A stretch of DNA of 64,000 bases from an uncultured Actinomycetota bacterium (GTDB lineage Bacteria; Actinomycetota; Actinomycetes; JAFAQI01). Where the stretch lies: contig CAWBLI010000001.1 of NCBI GenBank assembly GCA_963789615.1, forward strand, positions 308,685 through 372,684. The letters are read 5' to 3'. The notes below the pieces were generated by a model. It was not told where the DNA came from and did not search any database. It was given only the letters and a program-made list of their open reading frames with translations. Every line of letters starts with the position of its first letter. The first letter of the stretch is position 1. Both the position numbers and the translations under genes were made by a program. Shown piece after piece: positions 33,646 through 42,382 of the stretch.

Positions 33646-34335
33646 TCAGGAGTCGCCGCTGCCGCCGCCCACCACGGCGTCCGATGCCTGCTTGCGGCTG
33701 CGGGCGCGCTTCTTGGGCGGCATCAGGTCGGCCACGGCCCCGCCGCGGTCGTTGGTGCGGAGCACGAAGGGCCGCAGGTCGGTGTAGCGGACGACCGATA
33801 CTGACGCCGGGTCGACCATGATCCGCTGGAACCCGTCGAGGTGCATGCCGAGCGCATCGGCGAGGATCGCCTTGATCACGTCGGCATGACTGACTGCGAT
33901 CCAGGTGGCGTCCGGTCCGAGCGCGGCGTTGTGCTCGCGCACCGCGTCGACGGCACGGAGCTGGGTGTCGCGCAGCGCCTCGCCGCCTGGAAAGGTCACG
34001 GCGCTGGGGTGCGCCTGCACGACCTTCCACAGCGGGTCCTTGGACAGCGTCTTGAGCTCCTTGCCGGTCCAGTCGCCGTACCGGGCCTCCCCGAGCCGGT
34101 CATCGGTCTGGACCGTGAGGTCGCGGCCGGCGGCGAGCGCCGCAGCGGTCTGCAGGCACCGGTCGAGCGGACTGGAGATGATCGCCGCGACAGGTACGCC
34201 GGACAGCCGCTCCCCCAGCACCCGGGCCTGCTCGACGCCGGCCTCGGCCAGCCCGACACCCGGTGTCCAGCCCGCCAGCACGCCGCCCTGGTTGGCCGCG
34301 GTCACGCCATGCCGGACCAGCAACACCGTCGTCAT
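33646..34335 (-). CDS. Histidine phosphatase family protein (MSMEG_4193-type putative phosphomutase)
   Basis: TTVLLVRHGVTAANQGGVLAGW (RHG motif), SSPLDRCLQTA, VSHADVIK. Confidence 0.8.
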   Translation of the reverse strand: MTTVLLVRHGVTAANQGGVLAGWTPGVGLAEAGVEQARVLGERLSGVPVAAIISSPLDRCLQTAAALAAGRDLTVQTDDRLGEARYGDWTGKELKTLSKDPLWKVVQAHPSAVTFPGGEALRDTQLRAVDAVREHNAALGPDATWIAVSHADVIKAILADALGMHLDGFQRIMVDPASVSVVRYTDLRPFVLRTNDRGGAVADLMPPKKRARSRKQASDAVVGGGSGDS

Positions 34336-34339
34336 CTGG

Positions 34340-35389
34340 TCAGGAGCCGGTACCGGAGGCGTCCAGCGCTTCCGCGGCTGTGCGCAGCACCGCGATCCGC
34401 TCGTCCTGGGTGCCCGCGAAGCAGCTCACGTTGAGCGTCGTGACCCCCGACTCGGCGTACCCCTGCATCTTGTCCGCCATCCGCTCGACCGATCCGAGCA
34501 GCGACGTCCGGTCGATGAAGTCGTAGGGCACGGCGGCGGCGGCCTCGTCGTACTTCCGATCCAGGTAGAGGTTCTGGATCTCCTCCGCCTCGGCCTCGTA
34601 GCCCATCCGGGCCGCCAGCCGGTTGTAGAAGTTCTGCTCGCGGGAGCCCATCCCGCCGATGTAGAGCGCCGCGTAGGCCCGGACCGGTCCGGCGGCCGCC
34701 TCCAGGTCGTCGCCAAGCACGACCGGGACGGTCGGTACGACGTCGAACGGCGCGCCCACCCTTCCGGCGGCCTTCATCCCGGTCTCGATCGAGGCGTGCT
34801 GGTCCGCCGCGAACGCCGGGTCGTAGAAGATCGCCAGCCAGCCGTCACACTTCTGGCCCGCGAGCTCGAGGTTCTTCGGCCCGATCGCCGCCAGGTAGAT
34901 CGGCATGTACTCCCGAACCGGATGGATGATCATCTTCAGCGGCTTGCCCGGCCCGTCGGGGAGCGGCAGCGTGAAGTGCTCACCCTGGTAGCTCACCCGC
35001 TCCCGCGCGAACGCCATCCGGATGATGTCGATGTACTCACTCGTCCGCCCGACCGGCTTGTCGAACCGGGTGCCGTGCCAGCCTTCCGACACCTGCGGAC
35101 CGGACACGCCCAGCCCGAGTCGGAACCGGCCGCCCGACAGCGTGTCGATCGTCGCGGCTGTCATCGCCGTCATCGCCGGGCTACGGGCCGGGATCTGGAA
35201 GATCGCGCTCCCGACGTCGATCGTCGTCGTCTTGGCGGCCAGCCAGGTGAGCACGGTGGCCGCGTCGTTGCCATATGCCTCAGCCGCCCAGACGGTGGTG
35301 TAGCCCAGCCGCTCGGCTTCCTGGACGAGGGCGACGTTGTCGGTGTCGCTGACGAGGCCCCAGTAGCCGAGATTCAGTCCGAGTTTCAT
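34340..35389 (-). CDS. LLM-class (luciferase-like) F420-dependent oxidoreductase
   Basis: MKLGLNLGYWG...AERLGYTTVWAAEAYGNDAATVLTWLAA...GRFRLGLGVSGPQVSEGWHG is a typical LLM/F420 family pattern. Confidence 0.85.
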   Translation of the reverse strand: MKLGLNLGYWGLVSDTDNVALVQEAERLGYTTVWAAEAYGNDAATVLTWLAAKTTTIDVGSAIFQIPARSPAMTAMTAATIDTLSGGRFRLGLGVSGPQVSEGWHGTRFDKPVGRTSEYIDIIRMAFARERVSYQGEHFTLPLPDGPGKPLKMIIHPVREYMPIYLAAIGPKNLELAGQKCDGWLAIFYDPAFAADQHASIETGMKAAGRVGAPFDVVPTVPVVLGDDLEAAAGPVRAYAALYIGGMGSREQNFYNRLAARMGYEAEAEEIQNLYLDRKYDEAAAAVPYDFIDRTSLLGSVERMADKMQGYAESGVTTLNVSCFAGTQDERIAVLRTAAEALDASGTGS

Positions 35390-35437
35390 TCGGTGAGGGT
35401 ACCGAGACCGGTGGGCGTGCCCCGATAGCCTCCGGGC

Positions 35438-36418
35438 ATGGAGCAGCGCCGGCTGGGGACGACGGGTCTCTACGTGTCACGGATCGCCCTCGGCACCATG
35501 ACCTGGGGTCGCGACACTGACGAGGACGACGCGTCGAGCCAGCTCAAGACCTTCGTCGAGTCGGGCGGGACGCTGGTCGACACCGCCGACGTCTACACCG
35601 ACGGCGAGAGCGAGCGGCTGCTCGGCCGGATGCTCGACAGCGTGGTACGACGGGAAGACATCGTCATCGCCACAAAGGCGGTCGGCGTCCGCGGCAACGA
35701 CAGCCGACCCCGTGACGCGTCGCGGCGCCACCTGCTCGACGCACTCGACGCCTCACTCGCGCGGCTCGGCACCGACCACATCGACCTGTGGCAGATGCAC
35801 GCGTGGGACGAGCGGACGCCGCTCGAGGAGACGCTCGCGGCGCTGGACACCGCGGTCGCCAGCGGGCGCACCCGCTATGTCGGGATCAGCAACTACACCG
35901 GCTGGCAGACCGCGAAGGCGGCCGCCTGGCAGCGGGCCTGGCCGGGCCGGGCACCGATCGTCTCGACCCAGATGGAGTACTCACTCGTGCAGCGCGGCAT
36001 CGAGCGGGAGGTCGTTCCGGCCGCCATCGATCTCGGCGTCGGCATCCTCCCGTGGTCACCACTGGGTCGCGGTGTGCTGACCGGTAAGTATCGAGGAGGT
36101 ACGCCGGCCGACTCCCGGGGCAGCTCGGCGGAGTACTCCCGATTCGTCGGCGCCTACCTCGACGAGCGCGCGTCCCGCATCGTCGGTGCCGTGAGCACAG
36201 CGGCGGACGGGCTCGGTGTCTCGCCGCTGGCGGTGTCGCTGGCCTGGGTTCGCGACCGGCCCGGGGTCGTCGCCCCCATCGTCGGGGCCCGCACGGCCGC
36301 TCAGCTCAAGGGGTCGCTGGACGCCGACTCGCTGGTGTTGCCCGACGAGATCCGCAACGCCCTCGACGACGTCTCGGCGATGTCGCTGAGCTACCCCGAG
36401 GCCGGCACACGCCGCTGA
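35438..36418 (+). CDS. Aldo/keto reductase
   Basis: LGTTGLYVSRIALGTMTWG...DTADVYTDGESE...HIDLWQMHAWD...YVGISNYTGWQ...ILPWSPLGRGVLTGKY. Confidence 0.9.
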   Translation: MEQRRLGTTGLYVSRIALGTMTWGRDTDEDDASSQLKTFVESGGTLVDTADVYTDGESERLLGRMLDSVVRREDIVIATKAVGVRGNDSRPRDASRRHLLDALDASLARLGTDHIDLWQMHAWDERTPLEETLAALDTAVASGRTRYVGISNYTGWQTAKAAAWQRAWPGRAPIVSTQMEYSLVQRGIEREVVPAAIDLGVGILPWSPLGRGVLTGKYRGGTPADSRGSSAEYSRFVGAYLDERASRIVGAVSTAADGLGVSPLAVSLAWVRDRPGVVAPIVGARTAAQLKGSLDADSLVLPDEIRNALDDVSAMSLSYPEAGTRR

Positions 36419-36438
36419 CGGCGGCGCAGGCCCGCGCG

Positions 36439-37540
36439 TTGCTGGCCGCGCCCGAACTGCTCGCCGCAGCATCGGCCACCGACCTGGCCGTGGCGGAGCG
36501 GTTGCGTCGTACCTGGCCAGTCGACCTGGTCGCGGCCGCGAGCGAGCAGGCCGCGCTTCGCGACCGGGCGGTCGGCAAGCTCGCCGACGCATCTACCCTG
36601 CTGCTGACCCGGGCCGGGCTGGAGCAGGCGACGTCGGAGGTCGTCGCCCGGCACCGAGCGGCCCGGTTCGAAGGCACTGTCGGGGTACGTCGTCGATCTG
36701 TGCTGCGGGATCGGTGGTGACCTGCGGGCGCTGGGTGATGTGGCCGACGTGGTCGGCGTCGACCGCGACGAGGTCCATGCTGTCTGTGCCCGGCACAACA
36801 GCGGTCGGCCGGTGGTGGTGGCCGACGTCGCGGACGTCCGGCTCGGCGCCGAGGTGGCGGCGGTTTTCATCGACCCGGCACGGCGTGAAGGCGACCGACG
36901 CGGCGGGTCACGTCCGCCGCTGTCCTGGTGTACGTCGTTGCCGGTGGAACGGATCTCGGTGAAGGCGGCGCCCGGCATCGATCGGAGTGTGGTCCCGATC
37001 GGGTGGGAGACGGAGTTCATCGCGGCCGGTCGGGATCTCAAGGACGCGACTCTTTGGTCGCCGGCCTGGGCCAGCGCCGAATCCCGGGCGACCGTGCTGC
37101 CCGGCGGCGAAACCCTGGTGCACGACCCTGGGACGGTCGACGCGCCGGTCCGCGCCCCCGGCCGTTTCCTGCTCGACCCAAGCCCGGCGGTCACCCGGGC
37201 CGGTGCAGTCGCCGACCTCGCCCGGCAGCTCGACGCCTGGCAGATCGACCCGATGATTGGTTTCCTGTCCGCCGATCACCGGCTCGTGACGCCGTTCGGG
37301 CGGTCGATGATGGTTGAGGCGTCGCTGCCGTTCGGGGTGAAGCCGCTCGCCGCGGAACTACGGCGACTCGACATCGGCGCCATCGACATCCGCCGCCGAG
37401 GGCTCGCCGGTGACGTCGACGACCTGCGTCGGCGGCTCCGTCCGCGGGGTCACCGTCGAGCCACCGTCGTCTTGACCCGGGTGTCGGACCAACCCTGGGC
37501 GATGATCTGCACCGATCCCCCCACCGGCGCGGCGGCCTAG
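36439..37540 (+). pseudogene. Class I SAM-dependent methyltransferase with THUMP-like C-terminal region; one frame break
   Basis: The N-terminal helical part is in ORF 36439..36720. From about 36685 the sequence YVVDLCCGIGGDLRALGDVADVVGVDRDE (SAM motif I) continues in the frame of ORF 36740..37540. The start codon is uncertain (TTG 36439 or upstream CTG). Confidence 0.6.
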
Positions 37541-37550
37541 GCTCGCGCGG

Positions 37551-39438
37551 GTGGACACGGCGTTCGAGGCGTTCTGCGCCGGCGGGCTGTGGCCGGGGCT
37601 GGGCCGTGACGACGGCCGGAAAGCTCGCCACTGCCCACGTCAACGGGCCCGACGACGTCACGGTCGATCGGCTGCTCGAGATCGACGGCATGTCGAAGAA
37701 GCGCGCCGAGAAACTCGTGGTGACATTCCGCGATGCCGCGCCGCGGTTGGCGGTTGCCCGGCTGCTGCACGCCGCGTCGCTGCCGGTGCGGCCGGCGTTC
37801 GGCGCGGTCGACGAGCTCGGCCGGGCCGCCGAGCGCACCCTGCTCGAGGATCCGTGGCGGTTGCTCGATGTGCCGGGGGTCCAGGTCAACGAGGCCGACC
37901 GGTTCGCCATCACGACCCTCGAGGAGCGCCCGACCAAGGACGACCCACGTCGCGGGCGCGCCCTCGTGGTCTACGCCTTGGTGCGGGCGGCTCGCGACGG
38001 GCACACGGTGATGGGCGAGGACACCCTGGTGGCCGCGCTCGGGGGCATCGGCGCCCCGGAGCCGACCGCGGCAGTGGCGGCCGCGCTGGAAGACGGCCGG
38101 GTGGCGGAGTTCACGTCGTACGTCGAGGACGGTACGCCGGTGCGCCTGCTCGGCCTGGTGCGCTACGCGATGGCCGAGGAGCAGGTCGCCGAGGGGCTGG
38201 CCCGGCTGGTCGCGACAGCGACGCCGCTCGCTACGCCCGAGGGCACCACGTCCGTGACAGGTGGTCTCGACCCGGCGCAAAAAGCCGCGGTCCAGCAGGT
38301 CGCCGCGCACGGAGTGACGGTGCTGCACGGCGGCCCCGGCACCGGCAAGTCGCGGACCGTCGCCGCCGTCGTGGACCTCGCCGAGGCTCGCGGCCGGCAG
38401 ATCGCGCTTGGCCGCGCCGACCGGGCGGGCGGCGAAGCGGTTGGAGGAGCTCGCCGGCCACGCCGCGACCACGCTGCACCGGCTGCTCGGCGCGCAGGGC
38501 ATGACCGGCGAGTTCGTGCGAGGAGAGACCTGGCCGCTGGACGCCGAGGTGGTCGTCGTCGACGAGGCCTCGATGCTCGACGTGGAGCTCGCCGCGGCGC
38601 TGCTCGACGCGTGCGCCGACGGCACCCACCTGCTGCTCGTCGGCGACCCGGCGCAGCTGCCGTCCATCGGGCCGGGGCGGGTGCTCGGCGACGTCCTCGA
38701 CAGCGCCGTGCTGCCGACCACCGAGCTGACGACGCTGTACCGGCAGGCCGAAGGCGGCGCGATCGCCCGGCTGGCCGCCGCCGTACGGGAGGGGTCGCTG
38801 CCCGCCGGTCGACGACCCGACCCGTGAGGTCGTCGTCGTGCAGGCCCGCGGCGGCGATCAGGCCGCGCACCGCGTCGTCCAGCTGGTCACCGACTCGATC
38901 CCGCGAGCCCTCGGCATCCCCCCGAGCGACGTCCAGGTGGTGACACCCGGTCCATCGCGGTCCGGCTGGCACCCAGGCCCTCAACGTGGCGCTCAAGGCG
39001 TGTCTCAACCCCGGCACCGGGACGGTCGGCGGCTTCGACGTCGGCGACCGCGTCGTCGCGACCGCGAACCACATGGACGACGGGTTCGCCAACGGTGAGG
39101 TGGGGACGGTCACCACCGCGTCCGACGGCGCGCTGACCGTCGAGTTCGGCGCCGGTCCGGTGACGGTCGGGCCGAAAGCGATCGGAGACCTGGTCCACGG
39201 CTGGGCCGTCACGGTGCACCGGGCGCAGGGCTCGGAGTGGCCGGCGGTGGTCGTGACGCTGCCGGCCGAGGCCGGCGGGATGCTGTCGCGGCCGCTGGTC
39301 TACACGGCGCTGACCCGGGCGCAGCGGCACCTGTCGATCGTGCATGCCGCGGGCCCCGCACTGGCCCGGGGCGTGCACGACGTCGACGCGCGGCCCCGTC
39401 GTACCCGGCTGGCCACCTTGCTGCGCGGTGAGGACTGA
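37551..39438 (+). pseudogene. RecD-like (SF1B) ATP-dependent DNA helicase; at least four frame changes
   Basis: Pieces in four frames: VDTAFEAFCAGGLWPGLG (37551), TTAGKLA...VLHGGPGTGKSR (Walker A, ORF 37606..), AAPTGRAAKRLEE...VVVVDEASMLD...LLVGDPAQLPSIGPG (ORF 38408..38827), then VVVVQARGGDQ and GFDVGDRVVATANH...WAVTVHRAQGSEWPAVVV...LVYTALTRAQRHL (ORF 38986..39438). Confidence 0.8.
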
Positions 39439-39459
39439 ACGGCTACCGTATTCGCGAAC

Positions 39460-39678
39460 ATGGTCGAGTACGAGTACAAGCGGATGGACCTGCCGCACGG
39501 TACGACGAGGAACGTCGCCCGGCGGCTACTCACGGATGCGGCCGAGTACGGCCACTGGGAGCTGGATCGGCTGCGGCTCTACCCGGACGGGCGCCGGCGG
39601 GTCGTGCTGCGGCGCCGGATCATGCGGGTGCGCTCGACCCTGGCCGAGCCGGTCAGGACGATGCGAGGAACCGGCTGA
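39460..39678 (+). CDS. Small conserved actinobacterial protein (DUF5703-like, from memory)
   Basis: Intact 72 aa: MVEYEYKRMDLPHGTTRNVARRLLTDAAEYGHWELDRLRLYPDGRRRVVLRRRIMRV. It overlaps the 3' end of the convergent M20 gene by ~25 nt. Confidence 0.6.
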   Translation: MVEYEYKRMDLPHGTTRNVARRLLTDAAEYGHWELDRLRLYPDGRRRVVLRRRIMRVRSTLAEPVRTMRGTG

Positions 39679-40967
39679 GCACCCTCGCCCCGAACCGCAG
39701 GCTCTCCAGCGGGACCCGCTCGTCGATGCCGTGGAACATGCCCGAAGAAGTCGAGGTCGGGCGGCAGCCGCAGCGGCGAGAAGCCGAAGCTGCGGATGCC
39801 GAGCTCGGAGAACGACTTGGCGTCGGTGCCCGCCGGACAGGCAGTACGGCACGCAGCGGGCCGCCGGGTCCTCGGCCACGAGCGCGGCCGTCATCGCGTC
39901 GACCAGCGACGCCGTCGAAGCTGGTCTCGTAGGCGATCTGCCGCTGCACCGTCTCGATCGCGACCTCGGGGCCGACCAGCTCGTCGAGCTCGGCCAGGAA
40001 CCGCTCCTCGCCGCCGGGCAGGAACCGGCAGTCGAGGTACGCCGTGGCCTTGCCGGGGATCACGTTCTGCTTGTAGCCGGCCTCGAGCATGGTCGGGTTC
40101 GCGGTGTGCCGGACCGTCGCGCCGATCATCTTGGCGAGCGGGCCGAGCTTGGCGAGCAGACCCTCGACGTCGTCGGCGTCGAACGGGATGTCCAGCGCGT
40201 CGCACAGCTCGCGCAGGAAGGTCTCGACCGTCTCCGACAGCTCGATCGGGAACGAGTGCGCCCCGACCCGGGCGACGGCCTCGGCGAGCTTCGGTGACCG
40301 CGTTGTCGTCGTTGAGCATCGAGCCGTGGCCGGCGCGGCCCTTCGCGACCAGCCGCAGCCAGGCGATCCCCTTCTCGGCGGTCTCGATCGCGTAGAGCCG
40401 CTGGCCGCCGACGGTGAGCGAGAAGCCACCGACCTCGCTGATCGCCTCGGTGCAGCCCTCGAACAGGTCGGCGTGGTTGTCGACGAGGAAGTGGGCGCCC
40501 TTCAGGCCGCCGGCCTCCTCGTCGGCGAGGAACGCGAACACGACGTCGCGCGGTGGGCGGCGGCCCTGCCGGACCCAGTCGCGGAGCACCGCGAGCGTCA
40601 TCGCGTCCATGTTCTTCATGTCGACGGCGCCGCGGCCCCACAGGCAGTCGTCGACGATCTCGCCGGCGAACGGCGGGACCTGCCAGTCGTCGGCATCGGC
40701 CGGTACGACGTCGAGGTGGCCGTGGATGAGCAGCGCGTCGCGGCTGCTGTCCTCGCCCGCCCAGCGGGCGACGACGCTGGCCCGGCCGGGGTCGGACTCG
40801 TGCAGGACCGGGTCGAGGCCCGCGTCGGTCAGCCGTTCGGCGACCCATTCGGCGGCGGCACGCTCGTTGCTGGTCGGGTTCGAGGTGTCGAACCGCAACA
40901 GGTCGCGGCACAGGTCCACCACGTCGTCGGCTGCCTGCTCCGTCAGCGGAGCCTGATCGCTGGTCAT
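39653..40967 (-). pseudogene. M20/M25/M40-family metallopeptidase (dipeptidase-like); at least three frame changes
   Basis: N-terminal 220 aa are in ORF 39891..40967 (LIHGHLDVVPA, WGRGAVDMK, FLADEEAGG). The sequence continues in ORF 39653..40429 (KLAEAVARVGAHSFPIELS...). A middle piece, MTAALVAEDPAARCVPYCLSGG, is in ORF 39526..39894. The tail FGMFHGIDERVPLESLRFGARVLSRFL is back in the 39653 frame. Confidence 0.85.
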
Positions 40968-41029
40968 GGTGCCTGACGGTACCCGGGCGGATCCTTCAGA
41001 CCACCCCCCGATCGACCGACATCATCCGC

Positions 41030-42118
41030 GTGAGACTGCTCACGCTGACCAGGCGTGCCCGAACGATCGCGACGCTCGCGGTCGGCGGTGCCCTGATCTC
41101 GGCCGCCCCGCTGGTGACGCAGCCGGCGCACGCCGAGACCTCGACCCAGGCCGCGGCAACCGCGCAGACGCTGCTGACGAAGGTCAAGGCCCTCCAGGCG
41201 AAGGTGAACACGGCGGAGAAGCGGTACAACGCGGTGTTCAGCTCGGTCTCGGACAGCGTGAACATCGCGATCCAGGACGACTCAGCGAGCGCCGACCAGT
41301 CGGTCGCCGCGCAGTCGGCGCAGGCTGCGGTGACGGCCCGCATCGAGGCGCTGTACGAGTCCGGCGGATCGCTTGGCGCACTCGCCAGCGTGTTCTCGAC
41401 CGGGAACATCAACGAGCTTTCCGAACGCAACGAGATGGTGAGCCGGGTCGTCTCGGCGCAGGCTGCCGAGGCGCATCGGGTCGCCCGGCTTGCCAGCGCA
41501 GCGGCGCTGACCGCGTCGAAGGCAGCCGCCCGTGAGCACCACAAGATCGGCACCGAGGCCGACGTCGCCACCGCCTTCAGCAAGGTGGCAACCCTGCTGG
41601 GCCAGGAGAAGTCGCTGCTGGCCGCGGCCGACAAGCGACTCGCCTCGATCCGCAAGGCGGAGGCGGCGCTCGCCGCCGAGCAGTCGAGCTTCGGTGCGAT
41701 CACCACGTCTCAGATCGCCGGGTTGCACGTGCTGCCGCCGTCCGCGCAGTACCTGGCGCTGTACAAGAGCGCGGCGCCGACCTGCCCGGGCCTGTCGTGG
41801 ACCGTGCTCGCGGCGATCGGTCAGGTCGAGAGCGGTCACGGGCGCAACATGGGTCCGTCATCGGCCGGCGCGATGGGGCCGATGCAGTTCGAACCCGCCA
41901 CGTTCGCGGCGTACGCCGTCGACGGCGACCACGACGGCGTCACCAACATCATGGATCCCGCGGACTCGATCTACACCGCCGCTCACTACCTGTGTGCGAA
42001 CGGTGCCGGGCGCGGTCCGTCCGCGCTGAGCGCCGCGATCCTGCACTACAACCATGCCGGCTGGTACGTCGCGATGGTGCTCAAGCTCGCCGGCGAGTAC
42101 GCCACCTGGAAGCCCTGA
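41030..42118 (+). CDS. Secreted lytic transglycosylase-domain protein with long coiled-coil N-terminal region
   Basis: Signal peptide MRLLTLTRRARTIATLAVGGALISAAPLVTQPAHA. Ala/Gln-rich coiled coil. C-terminal LAAIGQVESGHGRNMGPSSAGAMGPMQFEPATFAAYAVDGDHDG...YTAAHYL (SLT-type catalytic Glu context). Confidence 0.8.
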   Translation: MRLLTLTRRARTIATLAVGGALISAAPLVTQPAHAETSTQAAATAQTLLTKVKALQAKVNTAEKRYNAVFSSVSDSVNIAIQDDSASADQSVAAQSAQAAVTARIEALYESGGSLGALASVFSTGNINELSERNEMVSRVVSAQAAEAHRVARLASAAALTASKAAAREHHKIGTEADVATAFSKVATLLGQEKSLLAAADKRLASIRKAEAALAAEQSSFGAITTSQIAGLHVLPPSAQYLALYKSAAPTCPGLSWTVLAAIGQVESGHGRNMGPSSAGAMGPMQFEPATFAAYAVDGDHDGVTNIMDPADSIYTAAHYLCANGAGRGPSALSAAILHYNHAGWYVAMVLKLAGEYATWKP

Positions 42119-42211
42119 CGGCGCCCATGACGGTCGGTGCGGCTCTTGTAGACTCGCCCGGCCGGTTGACGGAGCGTGCGTTCCCCAAATGCATCGCCGC
42201 GGTCGGTCCAC

Positions 42212-42299
42212 GTCGGAGTGGCGGAATGGCAGACGCGCTAGCTTGAGGTGCTAGTGCCCTTTATAGGGCGTGGGGGTTCAAGTCCCCCCTCCGACACCA
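42212..42299 (+). tRNA. tRNA-Leu (anticodon GAG), type II with long variable arm, CCA encoded
   Basis: Hand-folded cloverleaf. Acceptor GTCGGAG/CTCCGAC. D-arm GCG-GAATGGCAGA-CGC. Anticodon stem CTAGC/GCTAG with loop TTGAGGT. Variable arm GCCC-TTTATA-GGGC. T-arm GGGGG-TTCAAGT-CCCCC. Discriminator A plus CCA. Confidence 0.95.
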
Positions 42300-42382
42300 A
42301 TCCCAGGCCTCTGACCTGCAGGTTTGCCTCGAAAATCGGCGTGATCAGCCCGCCGGGGGGTTTACGGGGGGTCTATCACTAG

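Noticed and set aside
42120-42211. A promoter for tRNA-Leu (ATGACG-N16-TAGACT around 42128..42155, or TTGACG at ~42166).
   Set aside because: The hexamers are plausible, but there are several equally good alternatives and no TSS data. Not reported as a feature.
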